Source: Macrostomum lignano (Eukaryota). From it: a DNA stretch of 64,000 bases. The notes beneath the pieces are model-generated. The model was not told the DNA's origin and made no database searches. It was given only the letters and a program-made list of their open reading frames with translations. Of the stretch, positions 26,149-38,819 are shown piece by piece. The stretch's first letter is position 1. Each line of letters begins with the position of its first letter. Location of the stretch: positions 62,001 to 126,000 of the forward strand of contig NIVC01000238.1 of the NCBI GenBank assembly GCA_002269645.1, in the 5' to 3' direction. The position numbers were made by a program, and so were the translations under genes.

Positions 26149-28672
26149 TGTAGTGTACGCCCCTCTACGCCTGTAGGCTTGTATGTGACTATAGCTTGAG
26201 TTCTCTCGACCAACGTGCGCTAGCTCTGCCCCACCCCCCTTAACCATTGCATAACGTGGTAGCCGCACGTCGGCAGTGACTATATATTAACTCAAATATA
26301 TGGTCCACGAGACCACTTTATATTTCGCGCACAAGCGCACTACAATGGCGTCGCAAGTCAGTTTACAGACCCCCAGCAAATTGGACTTGCGCACGGACCC
26401 AAATGCAGCTCATACAAAATGGAAAAAATGGTCAGCCCAGTTTCAACTGTTTGCCGTCGCCTCTGGAATAGACGACAAGAAAAGACTACGGCAGCTGCTG
26501 TTGTATTCGGCCGGCGAGAACCTGCAGACGATCGCCGCGGGCCTCACCGATGAGGCCGAGGGCAAAGATATCGACACGCTCGTGGCCGCCTTGGACAGGC
26601 ATTTCAACCGCAATCTGAACCTACCGTTCACTCGCTATCAATTCAGGCTCTGCACGCAACGGTCTGGCGAGCCCACGGACGAGTGGCTTCAGCGTCTCCA
26701 AGAAGCCGCCGACTGCTGTGGCTTCGAGGGTCTCGGAGACTCTCTGATTCGAGACCAGCTGATCGCTGGCTGCAGTTCCGAGCAGCTCCGCCGGAAACTG
26801 TTGGCAATGGACAATGTGGACCTGAAGCAGGCGCTCCGGGTGGCCAGGGCCATGGAGGCGGCGGAAGCCCAGGCGAGCGTCATGGAGGCCAACGAGGCGT
26901 CCGTGCAGCGGCTCCGTCGGCAGGAGGCCAGTGGGGCGTCCAACAACCGTCGACAGCCACAGACCACGCAGTCCCCGGCGGCAAGCAGCTCAAGTGCATC
27001 AGGTGCGGAGCCCCGGGCCACCGCACATGCAACGCAGCTGAAGGCAAGACGTGCCGCCGCTGCGGCAAACGAAACCACCTGGCAAGAGCCTGCCTGTCCG
27101 CACTAAAGGGAGACGTCCGCGTCTTGCAGGCCGACAGCGATAGCTCAGAGGTGGAGGATGGCGTCTTTTGCCTGACCGTTGCAGCCACCGGCACTGCGGC
27201 AGTCGGCGCCAAGACAACAGTGCTCGTCGGTTCAACGCAGCTGCCGGTTCTGGTGGACAGCGGCGCCGACTGCAATATCCTCACTGAGCGGGCCTGGCGC
27301 ACGCTGCCGGGACCCCCGCGGCTGCAACCGAATCGCACTAAAGTCTTCGCCTACCGCTCATCCAAACCGCTCAGCACCCTGGGAGCATGCAGTCTGCAGG
27401 TGTCAGCCGGGCAGGACAGCCAGGCGGTCCGCTTCATTGTCATCCCGGGCGACGGCACGAACATCTTGGGGCGCGAGGCATCAACCTTGCTGCGCCTTCT
27501 GAGCCTGGGTCCCCAGGTCAACGTAGTTGCGTCTTCCGAGACGGATGATCCAGCTATCCGGGCTGTGGTCGAGCGATTTCCGGAGCTCTTCAAGGGTCTT
27601 GGCAAGGTCAAAGACGTCTCGGTACAGATTAACATCAAGTCCGACGCCAGGCCTGTCTGCCACCCGCCATCTCGAGTCCCAGTGCACCTCCGGGAGGCGC
27701 TGGACCGCGAGCTAGACGAGCAGGAGCAGCTCGGCATCATCCAGCCCGTCGAAGGTCCAACGCCGTGGGTCAGCCGCATCGTCGTGGTGCCGAAGGAGGA
27801 CGGCAAGAGTGTGCGAATCACACAGGATCTTCGGGACGTAAACAAAGCGGCACTGAGGGAGCGGCACCAGATCCCGACCTTCGAAGAGGCCACAAGCGAC
27901 ATGGCGGGGTCGACGGTCTTCTCCAAACTCGACATCTTCAAGGCGTTTCATCAAATTGAGATCAGCGAGGACAGCCGCAGGTTCTTTGTGTTTTCTACGC
28001 CCCGAGGAATGCGTCGGCTGACCCGCCTAAGCATGGGCTTTGCCTCTGCCTCGGAGATACTCCAACGCGTAATGCAGCGAGTGCTGGCGGGACTGACCGG
28101 CGTAAAGTGGATCCACGATGACATCATAATCCACAGTCAGGACCTGGAGTCTCACCAGGCACACGTGGCTGCCTGTCTGGCTAGACTGCGAGAGCACGGC
28201 ATCACCCTGAACGCCAGCAAGTGCCACTGGGGCATCAGCAAGGCCAAGTTCATGGCCATGACGCTGTCGAAGTATGGAATTCAGCCGTCAGAAGAAAAGA
28301 TCGCAGCGCTGCAGGCCTTCAAGGACCCCCAGTCGGTCAAGGAGGTCCGGTCATTCCTGGGGTTGGCAAACCACCTCGAGAAGTTCATTGCTTTATTACC
28401 GTTGCTTCATTTTGTTACAATTCGTTCAACTCTAACGTATCGAAATGCGGCCTCAACCCTCTGCTTGGGGGAGAGGTGTAGTGTACGCCCCTCTACGCCT
28501 GTAGGCTTGTATGTGACTATAGCTTGAGTTCTCTCGACCAACGTGCGCTAGCTCTGCCCCACCCCCCTTAACCATTGCATAACGTGGTAGCCGCACGTCG
28601 GCAGTGACTATATATTAACTCAAATATATGGTCCACGAGACCACTTTATATTTCGCGCACAAGCGCACTACA
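26149..28672 (+). mobile_element. Ty3/Gypsy (Mag-like) LTR retrotransposon, internally deleted (no RNase H or integrase)
   Basis: Identical 196-bp LTRs TGTAG...CTACA at 26149-26344 and 28477-28672. PBS-like tggcgtcgc after the 5' LTR; PPT ttgggggagagg at 28465-28476. Flanks gacat/gccat (4/5 TSD match). Confidence 0.93.
26345..28390 (+). pseudogene. gag-pro-RT polyprotein, frameshifted near 26900-26990 and truncated at the RT C-terminus
   Basis: Gag (KWKKWSAQF...IRDQLIAG...KLL), two CCHC knuckles (CIRCGAPGHRTC, CRRCGKRNHLARAC), protease LVDSGAD, RT motifs PWVSRIVVVPK, SKLDIFKAFHQI, IHDDII. Homology ends at LANHLEKF. Confidence 0.88.
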
Positions 28673-29004
28673 GCCATAGATCAGTCACTCATTGTTCTTC
28701 AATAGTGTCAAAACCTGCAACTACTCTTTGGACAGTAGTAGAGTTTGCATGTGCAATGACAAATTATTATCCGCACGTAAAATTATACCTAAAATAAAGT
28801 CTAGCACTACTTTGGGTAGGGAGGTTCAGTAATAGCCAGGGACACAAGCCACTGTGAAAACACATCGGGCTCCCCACGCCAAGGTACCGGGTTCGATTCC
28901 ATTCGTTCATAAAGCCACTGTGGCTTGTTGTTGCCATTATTGCTAATGAAGGCCAAACCACGAGAAACAGAGTGTACATATCCTGGCGATTAGAAAGTCA
29001 GAGT

Positions 29005-32000
29005 GTGGATCGTGGATCGTAGATCGTGGATCGTAGATCGTGGATCGTAGATCGTGGATCGTAGATCGTGGATCGTAGATCGTGGATCGTAGATCGTGGA
29101 TCGTAGATCGTGGATCGTAGATCGTGGATCGTAGATCGTGGATCGTAGATCGTGGATCGTAGATCGTGGATCGTAGATCGTGGATCGTAGATCGTGGATC
29201 GTAGATCGTGGATCGTAGATCGTGGATCGTAGATCGTGGATCGTAGATCGTGGATCGTAGATCGTGGATCGTAGATCGTGGATCGTAGATCGTGGATCGT
29301 AGATCGTGGATCGTAGATCGTGGATCGTAGATCGTGGATCGTAGATCGTGGATCGTAGATCGTGGATCGTAGATCGTGGATCGTAGATCGTGGATCGTAG
29401 ATCGTGGATCGTAGATCGTGGATCGTAGATCGTGGATCGTAGATCGTGGATCGTAGATCGTGGATCGTAGATCGTGGATCGTAGATCGTGGATCGTAGAT
29501 CGTGGATCGTAGATCGTGGATCGTAGATCGTGGATCGTAGATCGTGGATCGTAGATCGTGGATCGTAGATCGTGGATCGTAGATCGTGGATCGTAGATCG
29601 TGGATCGTAGATCGTGGATCGTAGATCGTGGATCGTAGATCGTGGATCGTAGATCGTGGATCGTAGATCGTGGATCGTAGATCGTGGATCGTAGATCGTG
29701 GATCGTAGATCGTGGATCGTAGATCGTGGATCGTAGATCGTGGATCGTAGATCGTGGATCGTAGATCGTGGATCGTAGATCGTGGATCGTAGATCGTGGA
29801 TCGTAGATCGTGGATCGTAGATCGTGGATCGTAGATCGTGGATCGTAGATCGTGGATCGTAGATCGTGGATCGTAGATCGTGGATCGTAGATCGTGGATC
29901 GTAGATCGTGGATCGTAGATCGTGGATCGTAGATCGTGGATCGTAGATCGTGGATCGTAGATCGTGGATCGTAGATCGTGGATCGTAGATCGTGGATCGT
30001 AGATCGTGGATCGTAGATCGTGGATCGTAGATCGTGGATCGTAGATCGTGGATCGTAGATCGTGGATCGTAGATCGTGGATCGTAGATCGTGGATCGTAG
30101 ATCGTGGATCGTAGATCGTGGATCGTAGATCGTGGATCGTAGATCGTGGATCGTAGATCGTGGATCGTAGATCGTGGATCGTAGATCGTGGATCGTAGAT
30201 CGTGGATCGTAGATCGTGGATCGTAGATCGTGGATCGTAGATCGTGGATCGTAGATCGTGGATCGTAGATCGTGGATCGTAGATCGTGGATCGTAGATCG
30301 TGGATCGTAGATCGTGGATCGTAGATCGTGGATCGTAGATCGTGGATCGTAGATCGTGGATCGTAGATCGTGGATCGTAGATCGTGGATCGTAGATCGTG
30401 GATCGTAGATCGTGGATCGTAGATCGTGGATCGTAGATCGTGGATCGTAGATCGTGGATCGTAGATCGTGGATCGTAGATCGTGGATCGTAGATCGTGGA
30501 TCGTAGATCGTGGATCGTAGATCGTGGATCGTAGATCGTGGATCGTAGATCGTGGATCGTAGATCGTGGATCGTAGATCGTGGATCGTAGATCGTGGATC
30601 GTAGATCGTGGATCGTAGATCGTGGATCGTAGATCGTGGATCGTAGATCGTGGATCGTAGATCGTGGATCGTAGATCGTGGATCGTAGATCGTGGATCGT
30701 AGATCGTGGATCGTAGATCGTGGATCGTAGATCGTGGATCGTAGATCGTGGATCGTAGATCGTGGATCGTAGATCGTGGATCGTAGATCGTGGATCGTAG
30801 ATCGTGGATCGTAGATCGTGGATCGTAGATCGTGGATCGTAGATCGTGGATCGTAGATCGTGGATCGTAGATCGTGGATCGTAGATCGTGGATCGTAGAT
30901 CGTGGATCGTAGATCGTGGATCGTAGATCGTGGATCGTAGATCGTGGATCGTAGATCGTGGATCGTAGATCGTGGATCGTAGATCGTGGATCGTAGATCG
31001 TGGATCGTAGATCGTGGATCGTAGATCGTGGATCGTAGATCGTGGATCGTAGATCGTGGATCGTAGATCGTGGATCGTAGATCGTGGATCGTAGATCGTG
31101 GATCGTAGATCGTGGATCGTAGATCGTGGATCGTAGATCGTGGATCGTAGATCGTGGATCGTAGATCGTGGATCGTAGATCGTGGATCGTAGATCGTGGA
31201 TCGTAGATCGTGGATCGTAGATCGTGGATCGTAGATCGTGGATCGTAGATCGTGGATCGTAGATCGTGGATCGTAGATCGTGGATCGTAGATCGTGGATC
31301 GTAGATCGTGGATCGTAGATCGTGGATCGTAGATCGTGGATCGTAGATCGTGGATCGTAGATCGTGGATCGTAGATCGTGGATCGTAGATCGTGGATCGT
31401 AGATCGTGGATCGTAGATCGTGGATCGTAGATCGTGGATCGTAGATCGTGGATCGTAGATCGTGGATCGTAGATCGTGGATCGTAGATCGTGGATCGTAG
31501 ATCGTGGATCGTAGATCGTGGATCGTAGATCGTGGATCGTAGATCGTGGATCGTAGATCGTGGATCGTAGATCGTGGATCGTAGATCGTGGATCGTAGAT
31601 CGTGGATCGTAGATCGTGGATCGTAGATCGTGGATCGTAGATCGTGGATCGTAGATCGTGGATCGTAGATCGTGGATCGTAGATCGTGGATCGTAGATCG
31701 TGGATCGTAGATCGTGGATCGTAGATCGTGGATCGTAGATCGTGGATCGTAGATCGTGGATCGTAGATCGTGGATCGTAGATCGTGGATCGTAGATCGTG
31801 GATCGTAGATCGTGGATCGTAGATCGTGGATCGTAGATCGTGGATCGTAGATCGTGGATCGTAGATCGTGGATCGTAGATCGTGGATCGTAGATCGTGGA
31901 TCGTAGATCGTGGATCGTAGATCGTGGATCGTAGATCGTGGATCGTAGATCGTGGATCGTAGATCGTGGATCGTAGATCGTGGATCGTAGATCGTGGATC

Positions 32001-32142
32001 GTAGATCGTGGATCGTAGATCGTGGATCGTAGATCGTGGATCGTAGATCGTGGATCGTAGATCGTGGATCGTAGATCGTGGATCGTAGATCGTGGATCGT
32101 AGATCGTGGATCGTAGATCGTGGATCGTAGATCGTGGATCGT
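29005..32142. repeat. Near-perfect 14-bp tandem array (GATCGTAGATCGTG)n, ~3.1 kb (~224 units)
   Basis: Directly visible; no variant units noticed by eye. Confidence 0.98.
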
Positions 32143-32293
32143 CAGAGTTGTGTCAGTCAGAGTTGTGTCAGTCAGAGTTGTGTCAGTCAGAGTTGTGTCA
32201 GTCAGAGTTGTGTCAGTCAGAGTTGTGTCAGTCAGAGTTGTGTCAGTCAGAGTTGTGTCAGTCAGAGTTGTGTCAGTCGCAGTTGTGTCAGCC
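32141..32293. repeat. 15-bp minisatellite (gtcagagttgtgtca)n, ~10 units
   Basis: Directly visible; related in reverse complement to the 49985-51480 array. Confidence 0.95.
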
Positions 32294-32302
32294 GGAATTT
32301 CG

Positions 32303-32707
32303 TCAGTTTTCCTTATCGAGCTTAAGAAAAGCACTGAAAATTTTAGAAATTTCAGAACGAATTGGTTCGGAACGACTTGGCCGATTAGTAGTTTGGTTCG
32401 CCTCCGTCGCAGCATTTGCAGCAGTCTCTTCCGTAGTCAAAGCTGACATGCTGTCGAATACGACCTTAAAAAAATAATGACTGAGCGGCAGTGGCCAGAT
32501 AGCAAGTGCCGTCTCGCTTGAACACGGCGGTGCAGTTGGGTCGCACTGCGCACTCCACCGAGCAGACGCGAGGGTCTCGAGGTCCATTGACCTGCGACGG
32601 GTCGATCACGTTTCCGGGGCAACCGGAGACGACGCGGAGTGCAATGTGATGTCGGACACTACGGACAGCAGGCTGAGCAGGCAGAAGACAGGAATTACAA
32701 GCTGCAT
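32303..32707 (-). pseudogene. Locus C: PAN-family pseudogene
   Basis: ATG 32707 (MQLVIPVFCLLSLLSVVS). 1-bp deletion at cac-t(t)c-cgc shifts the frame. Exon 1 breaks after ATAAQ, losing YEALWRPLDC and the donor. The exon-2 acceptor ttttaag|GTC (32464) and VVFDSMSALTTEETAA...DKEN* remain. Confidence 0.75.
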
Positions 32708-33032
32708 TTTCACCGCAGCCAGATGCAGCGTGAAAGTTGGATCTCTGATCCAATATTTAAATGTCCATATAGTTTGAGTTTATTAATGCCTAACTAATTG
32801 AAAAGCAAATAGCAGCACTCCTTAACTTAATTGACTTAATTTTTGACTTAATTGTTTCTCAGTTTTTCTATTCCATTTGGCCTGCCGTGGGGATGAAATT
32901 CCTAATCCGGTGCGCGCAGGTTTGCCTTCTGTTAATGACGTGCGTTTGCATAACAATATTATGTTGACTGCGGACTGTGGCAAGCTTTCAGAACCGCTTC
33001 TCATGTTTGTTTTGCCATTAGTGTAAAATTGA

Positions 33033-33842
<810 letters not shown>

Positions 33843-34585
33843 TTACTATAGTTCGGGATTCATTTGATTTTCACCGTTGGTATTTACAGTCTTGCTCTTT
33901 TCTCCAATGCACGGCTCTTCTCTCTGCGGGATTGACTTGTGCTTCACAGCAACCGTACATCTCAATACGGACTCGGGGGAGGAAGTTTGCAAAAAAGTTT
34001 TCCAACTAATAATGGCTTCACTTTGAGGCAACTGCAGGAAGTGCGAGTATTTTGGGGTATTGTGATATTTTGACAGTTTCCTGTCAGGGCATCCGCCATG
34101 TCACAGTAAATGAAAGCAACCGCCATGCAGTGTGCAGCTCTTGCTTCCTTTGTTTTTTCTCCAGCATTTGCAAAGAAAGTTAGAAACAAACTTTTTAGCC
34201 GTTGCTATTTAGTCTCTCAATTATTTTCAGCCGTCGGTTTTTTGAAAATTATATATGTTCTTAAAGCAGAACAGCATTCCACTCGTATCATAGCGCCTTA
34301 GCGATTCCCCTTTGAATAATGGGATCTAATAATGGGCTAGATGGGGACTTTAAGCCTAATGTTTGCACCTGTACTTACGGATACAAATGCTGGGAGCTGC
34401 AGTTTACTGGGGAAGGGGCAGGGAAGCTACATCCTCTAAGCCAATGAGAGGATTGGCTAGCCAACCAACTTGCAACGAGAATAATACTACACCTGTACAT
34501 AATCCTCAGAGCTTAAACTTTTCTCAAAGTTCACCTGAGCAGACGGTGCTAGCAAGGCTTTACCTGCTATTTTAATAATCAATAA

Positions 34586-36782
34586 ATGGCAAAAATTAGC
34601 AGCAATAGATTGAATTTTGTGGTGTCTGTCACCTGCTGCAGCCTTCTCATCGCTCTGCTGATTATGCCAGCTGTTCTGAGCAACCCCGTTCGCTACAACA
34701 GCCTGTCTGGCTGCCCCATCGAAGCAGCTCAGCTCGCCAAGATTACCGGGGTGACAAGCGATCGCACCTGTACAGTTGAGTGCGCACTGCGGCCGAACTG
34801 CTCTGCCGTGTTCCTGCGAGCCAGTTCGTGCTACATGGCTAATCAGGACCAATACCGGAGCAGCGGCTTGTGGAATTCTACGACTGGTAACTGTACTACA
34901 CAGGTGAAGATTTAAACTAGGATTTAAAAAAAAAATTCGAACGAACTGCGCACGGTACTCGGGTGTTAATTACGAATTAGTGTCTTTTATCTTTGTTATG
35001 CCTTACGAACTGAGTACTGTTTTAGCGTTGAAGCCAAAATTAAGACATGTATTGGCAAGAAATTTTGCTTACAAAGCTGCGAGACAAAAAATATCGCTAT
35101 ATATTTTCTTTGTATTTTTGTAAGCATATCGTGATAATAAATTAACAGAAAGTTAAATACATTTAACAATATACCTTGTTATTGTGTTGCATTAACTTTA
35201 ATTGCGTTTTTCCTTTGTACAATCAAAAAGACGCTGAGAAACTATTGACTAGGTGTGAGTCACCCGTTGCTAAAATCGATCTGTGTACATTCTAGCTTTT
35301 ATTGATTAGCTGAGTCACCAGTTGCTACAAAAGATCTATTTAAATTCTAGCTAATATTTATTAGCTGTGAGTCACCCGTTGCTAAAAATAGATGTATGTA
35401 CATTTCTAGCTAACATTTATTAGCTGTGAGTCACCGATTGCTAAATATAGTCAACACGATTTACGCAGTTTTCTTTCCACATTTACTAGACTCTAACAAA
35501 AACGCAACGATCCTTATCACAGCAACCGGTTCTATTAATTGTTTTCGGTTAAAAGACAGCTGCTGCAGATTAGCTAGCTTGACGAAATTTTTCTAGCTTT
35601 ACTAAAAATTGCAGATGCGAAAAAACAATATCTACCTAAGTAGTAGGCAATATTATAAATGGCGGGTTGACGTCTCACCAACTCCGCTTGTCCGCTTCTC
35701 CGCGAAACACACGCTTTTTGACTTTTTATCTGCGTCCAAGTGCCACGAGCAAGCGTTTTCAGGAAAAAAGGCACGTGTCAATGGTTGCATGCGTTCTGGG
35801 AAATGAAAGCACTCGATTTTGCCCTGGCTAAGAGTGCCTGTTCTGGCAAAGGAGAAAATAGGGATCCTAACTAATTTTAGATCAAAATAGCATTTGAGCT
35901 TTCTTCAGAAAGGCCACTGATCCAGCCTCAACCACTGATCCAGCCTCAACCACTGCTCCAGCCTCAACCACTGATCCAGCCTCAACCACTGCTCCAGCCT
36001 CAACCACTGATCCAGCCTCAACCACTGATCCAGCCTCAACCACTGATCCAGCCTCAACCACTGATCCAGCCTCAACCACTGCTCCAGCCTCAACCACTGC
36101 TCCAGCCTTAACCACTGATCCAGCCTCAACCACTGATCCAGCCTCAACCACTGCTCCAGCCTCAACCACTGATCCAGCCTCAACCACTGCTGCAGCCTCA
36201 ACCACTGCTGCAGCTTCAACCACTGCTGCAGCCTCAACCACTGCTCCAGCCTTAACTACTGCTGCAGCCTCAACCACTGCTGCAGCCTCAACCACTGCTG
36301 CAGCCTCAACCACTGCTGCAGCCTCAACCACTGCTGCAGCCTCAACCACTGCTGCAGCCTCAACCACTGCTGCAGCCTCAACCACTGCTCCAGCCTTAAC
36401 CACTGCTCCAGCCTTAACCACTGATCCAGCCTCAACCACTGATCCAGCCTCAACCACTGCTCCAGCCTCAACCACTGATCCAGCCTCAACCACTGCTGCA
36501 GCCTCAACCACTGCTGCAGCTTCAACCACTGCTGCAGCCTCAACCACTGCTCCAGCCTTAACTACTGCTGCAGCCTCAACCACTGCTGCAGCCTCAACCA
36601 CTGCTGCAGCCTCAACCACTGCTGCAGCCTCAACCACTGCTGCAGCCTCAACCACTGCTGCAGCCTCAACCACTGCTGCAGCCTCAACCACTGCTGCAGC
36701 CTCAACCACTGCTGCAGCCTCAACCACTGCTGCAGCCTCAACCACTGCTGCAGCCTCAACAACCGCCACTGCTCCAGGCTAA
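34586..36782 (+). CDS. Locus D: divergent secreted PAN/apple-like protein with a long Thr/Ala/Ser mucin stalk
   Basis: Exon 1 34586-34903 (signal ...LLIALLIMPAVLS; CTVECALRPNCSAVFLRASSCYM; donor cag|gtgaag). Stop-free plus frame ~35913-36782 reading (ASTTAA/ASTTDP)n to TAA, absent from the ORF track because it has no ATG. The exact acceptor is uncertain. Confidence 0.6.
35256..35445. repeat. ~57-bp tandem repeat x4, each unit containing TGAGTCA
   Basis: TGAGTCA at 35256, 35311, 35368, 35427. Confidence 0.8.
35913..36770 (+). repeat. 18-bp coding minisatellite (gcctcaaccactgctgca)n
   Basis: Directly visible; frame preserved throughout. Confidence 0.95.
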
Positions 36783-38694
36783 CCTCACTTCTCCAGCTGA
36801 TTTAGTCTTTAGTAGCTCGGCCCAGACAAAATTTGACAGCAAATAACTGCATAGCAGGGTATACTTGATTGTACTTCGCGAATGGAATCATTCCTTACCA
36901 GATTCTGCAGTTCCCACAGGTCATCCATCGATTGAACCGCAAAAATTGTTGCTCGGGGAGAATTTCTTTTTGATGGGCTTATGTAAATTGTAAACTATAT
37001 CTGTTCGTTAAGCCAATTTTTAAAGGATACTTCAGTGAATTTGATAATTTGCTTTTCAGACTCATTTAAAAGTTTTTTACAACCAGAAAATTTGGCAGGC
37101 CTTGGCAGGCAGGCAGGCATTGGTAAAGCATGACAAATTAAGGAGAGGACACACACGCACACGGTGAACATGTTGTAGTGGGGCTCCCCACTGTGAATTT
37201 TATTCCATTTTACTTTCCTCTTTCGTGCATGCCGAAATATCTTTTGCGTAAACCCTTTCCGGGACAGTGTAACCACCGGAAGGACTTAAATGACGTCAAA
37301 TTTCATCATCCAGAGGGCCCACCGCTGGGATTTCTCGAGGCCACCTCGACTGCTGGACTCCCGTTGTCCTTAGTGTGGATCCGCGGTGCGCCGCACGTGG
37401 GTTCCCCTTTTGCGACTGTTGTTTTTTTTATTTTTCCCCTTTTTCATTTTCTGGGCACGTGTATGCCCCATCGAAAGGAACTGTGGGTTCCACTCCTAGA
37501 ACCTTTTGCGTTTTTTAAAAGCCGCAGTAAACGGGCCACGGACCGCTTTTAACGTAATTGAATTGGCATTTGAATTAATAATCCAATCAACTCATGTTTA
37601 ATCTTTGTTGATCAATAAGCCATAGTTTTGTCCTAAATACTTTGCTCACGGTGCCTAAAACTTCTAATTCTTAATTCGAAGAAGTTCTGAGAGCAAACGT
37701 GTGATGTCTATGGTATTGAATATGAGCTATTTTATTTTGACTCTTGCAGTTCACTAACTCTGTTACTTTCTAAAACAAGACTGCGCATTTTCTTACGGCT
37801 ACGAGCCGGATTCAAATATACAATCGTATGCACTTTTATCTGTCAAACCTGACAAACCTATTCCGACTCACTTCGACACAACAAAACGGTTCCGTACACG
37901 TTAATTCGGTGGCGGCAGCACTGCACTACTCATAGTAAGCATACGAGAAAATCGACCGAGATCAAATCGGTGTCTGAAAGCCTGAATGACAATGCTAACG
38001 ACCGCTCGGCTACACGATTCTACTATACCCTCCGCCCGGAATTGAGGACCCCAGCAGACGGAGCAACCAGGTGGATTCAACGAGTACATTGTGCCAAAGT
38101 TTCCGGTTTGAAACGCGTGAGTTCGAACGCAGACGAGTTACCATCACCTTCAAGTCCTTTTTTGAAAACCGCACCCACCTCACGTATTTACTTTGATACA
38201 CTTCTTAGAAGCAGAACAACTTGCTGCAGTGGCATGGGTGCATGAGTTTCATAAACTCCTCACAGTTCATCAACTTTTATACCCTCATGACGGAGTGGGG
38301 AAGGCGGTTGATAAGAACATTGGCGCAACGGGACGTCTCACTGCAAATGCACAGCACCTCACACTCTGCAGGTATAATGCCAGGCTGCCTTTTCAGTTTA
38401 AATGAGCATATTTATACAAGCATACAGCAGCTTAGTAGCTGCTAAGGCTTCCATGTGACTTCTTTAAGAATTGCATACTCCCTTCACGCCTTTTCAAGTA
38501 CTCAGTGAAGGCCAGGCTTATCCGGTAGGCAATTACCGGTATTAGGGTTGGCGACTGTGCACCCGGCCTACCTGTCTGCTCCTCTGCAAATTACCTGCCT
38601 ACACCCCCTTATCTCTCCAATTAGGCCTATAGACTGCTGTGGTGCTGCTTTATCCTTTAACATTGACGCCAATCTCCTCATCTGAAAGTCTGTG

Positions 38695-38819
38695 GGAGCA
38701 GGTATCTCATCTTTCTCGTTATGTATCAACTCATCTTCATGCCGGTTGGAGCAGGTATCTCATCTTTCTCGTTATGTATCAACTCATCTTCATGCCGGTT
38801 GGAGCAGGTATCTCATCTA
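38695..38819. repeat. 53-bp direct tandem repeat, ~2.4 copies
   Basis: ggagcaggtatctcatct... begins at 38695, 38748, 38801. Confidence 0.9.

Noticed and set aside
28990-32415. 1141-aa ORF (STIHDLRSTIYDPR)n
   Set aside because: Stop-free frame of a 14-bp satellite; no coding features.
35882-36769. Minus-strand ORFs (VVEAAA)n and (LQQWLR)n; likewise 52483-53007 and 55781-56467
   Set aside because: Antisense or off-frame shadows of plus-strand Thr/Ala/Ser mucin repeats.
37970-38245. 91-aa ORF with a weak integrase C-terminal-like VHC..LK motif
   Set aside because: Too little similarity to assign by eye.
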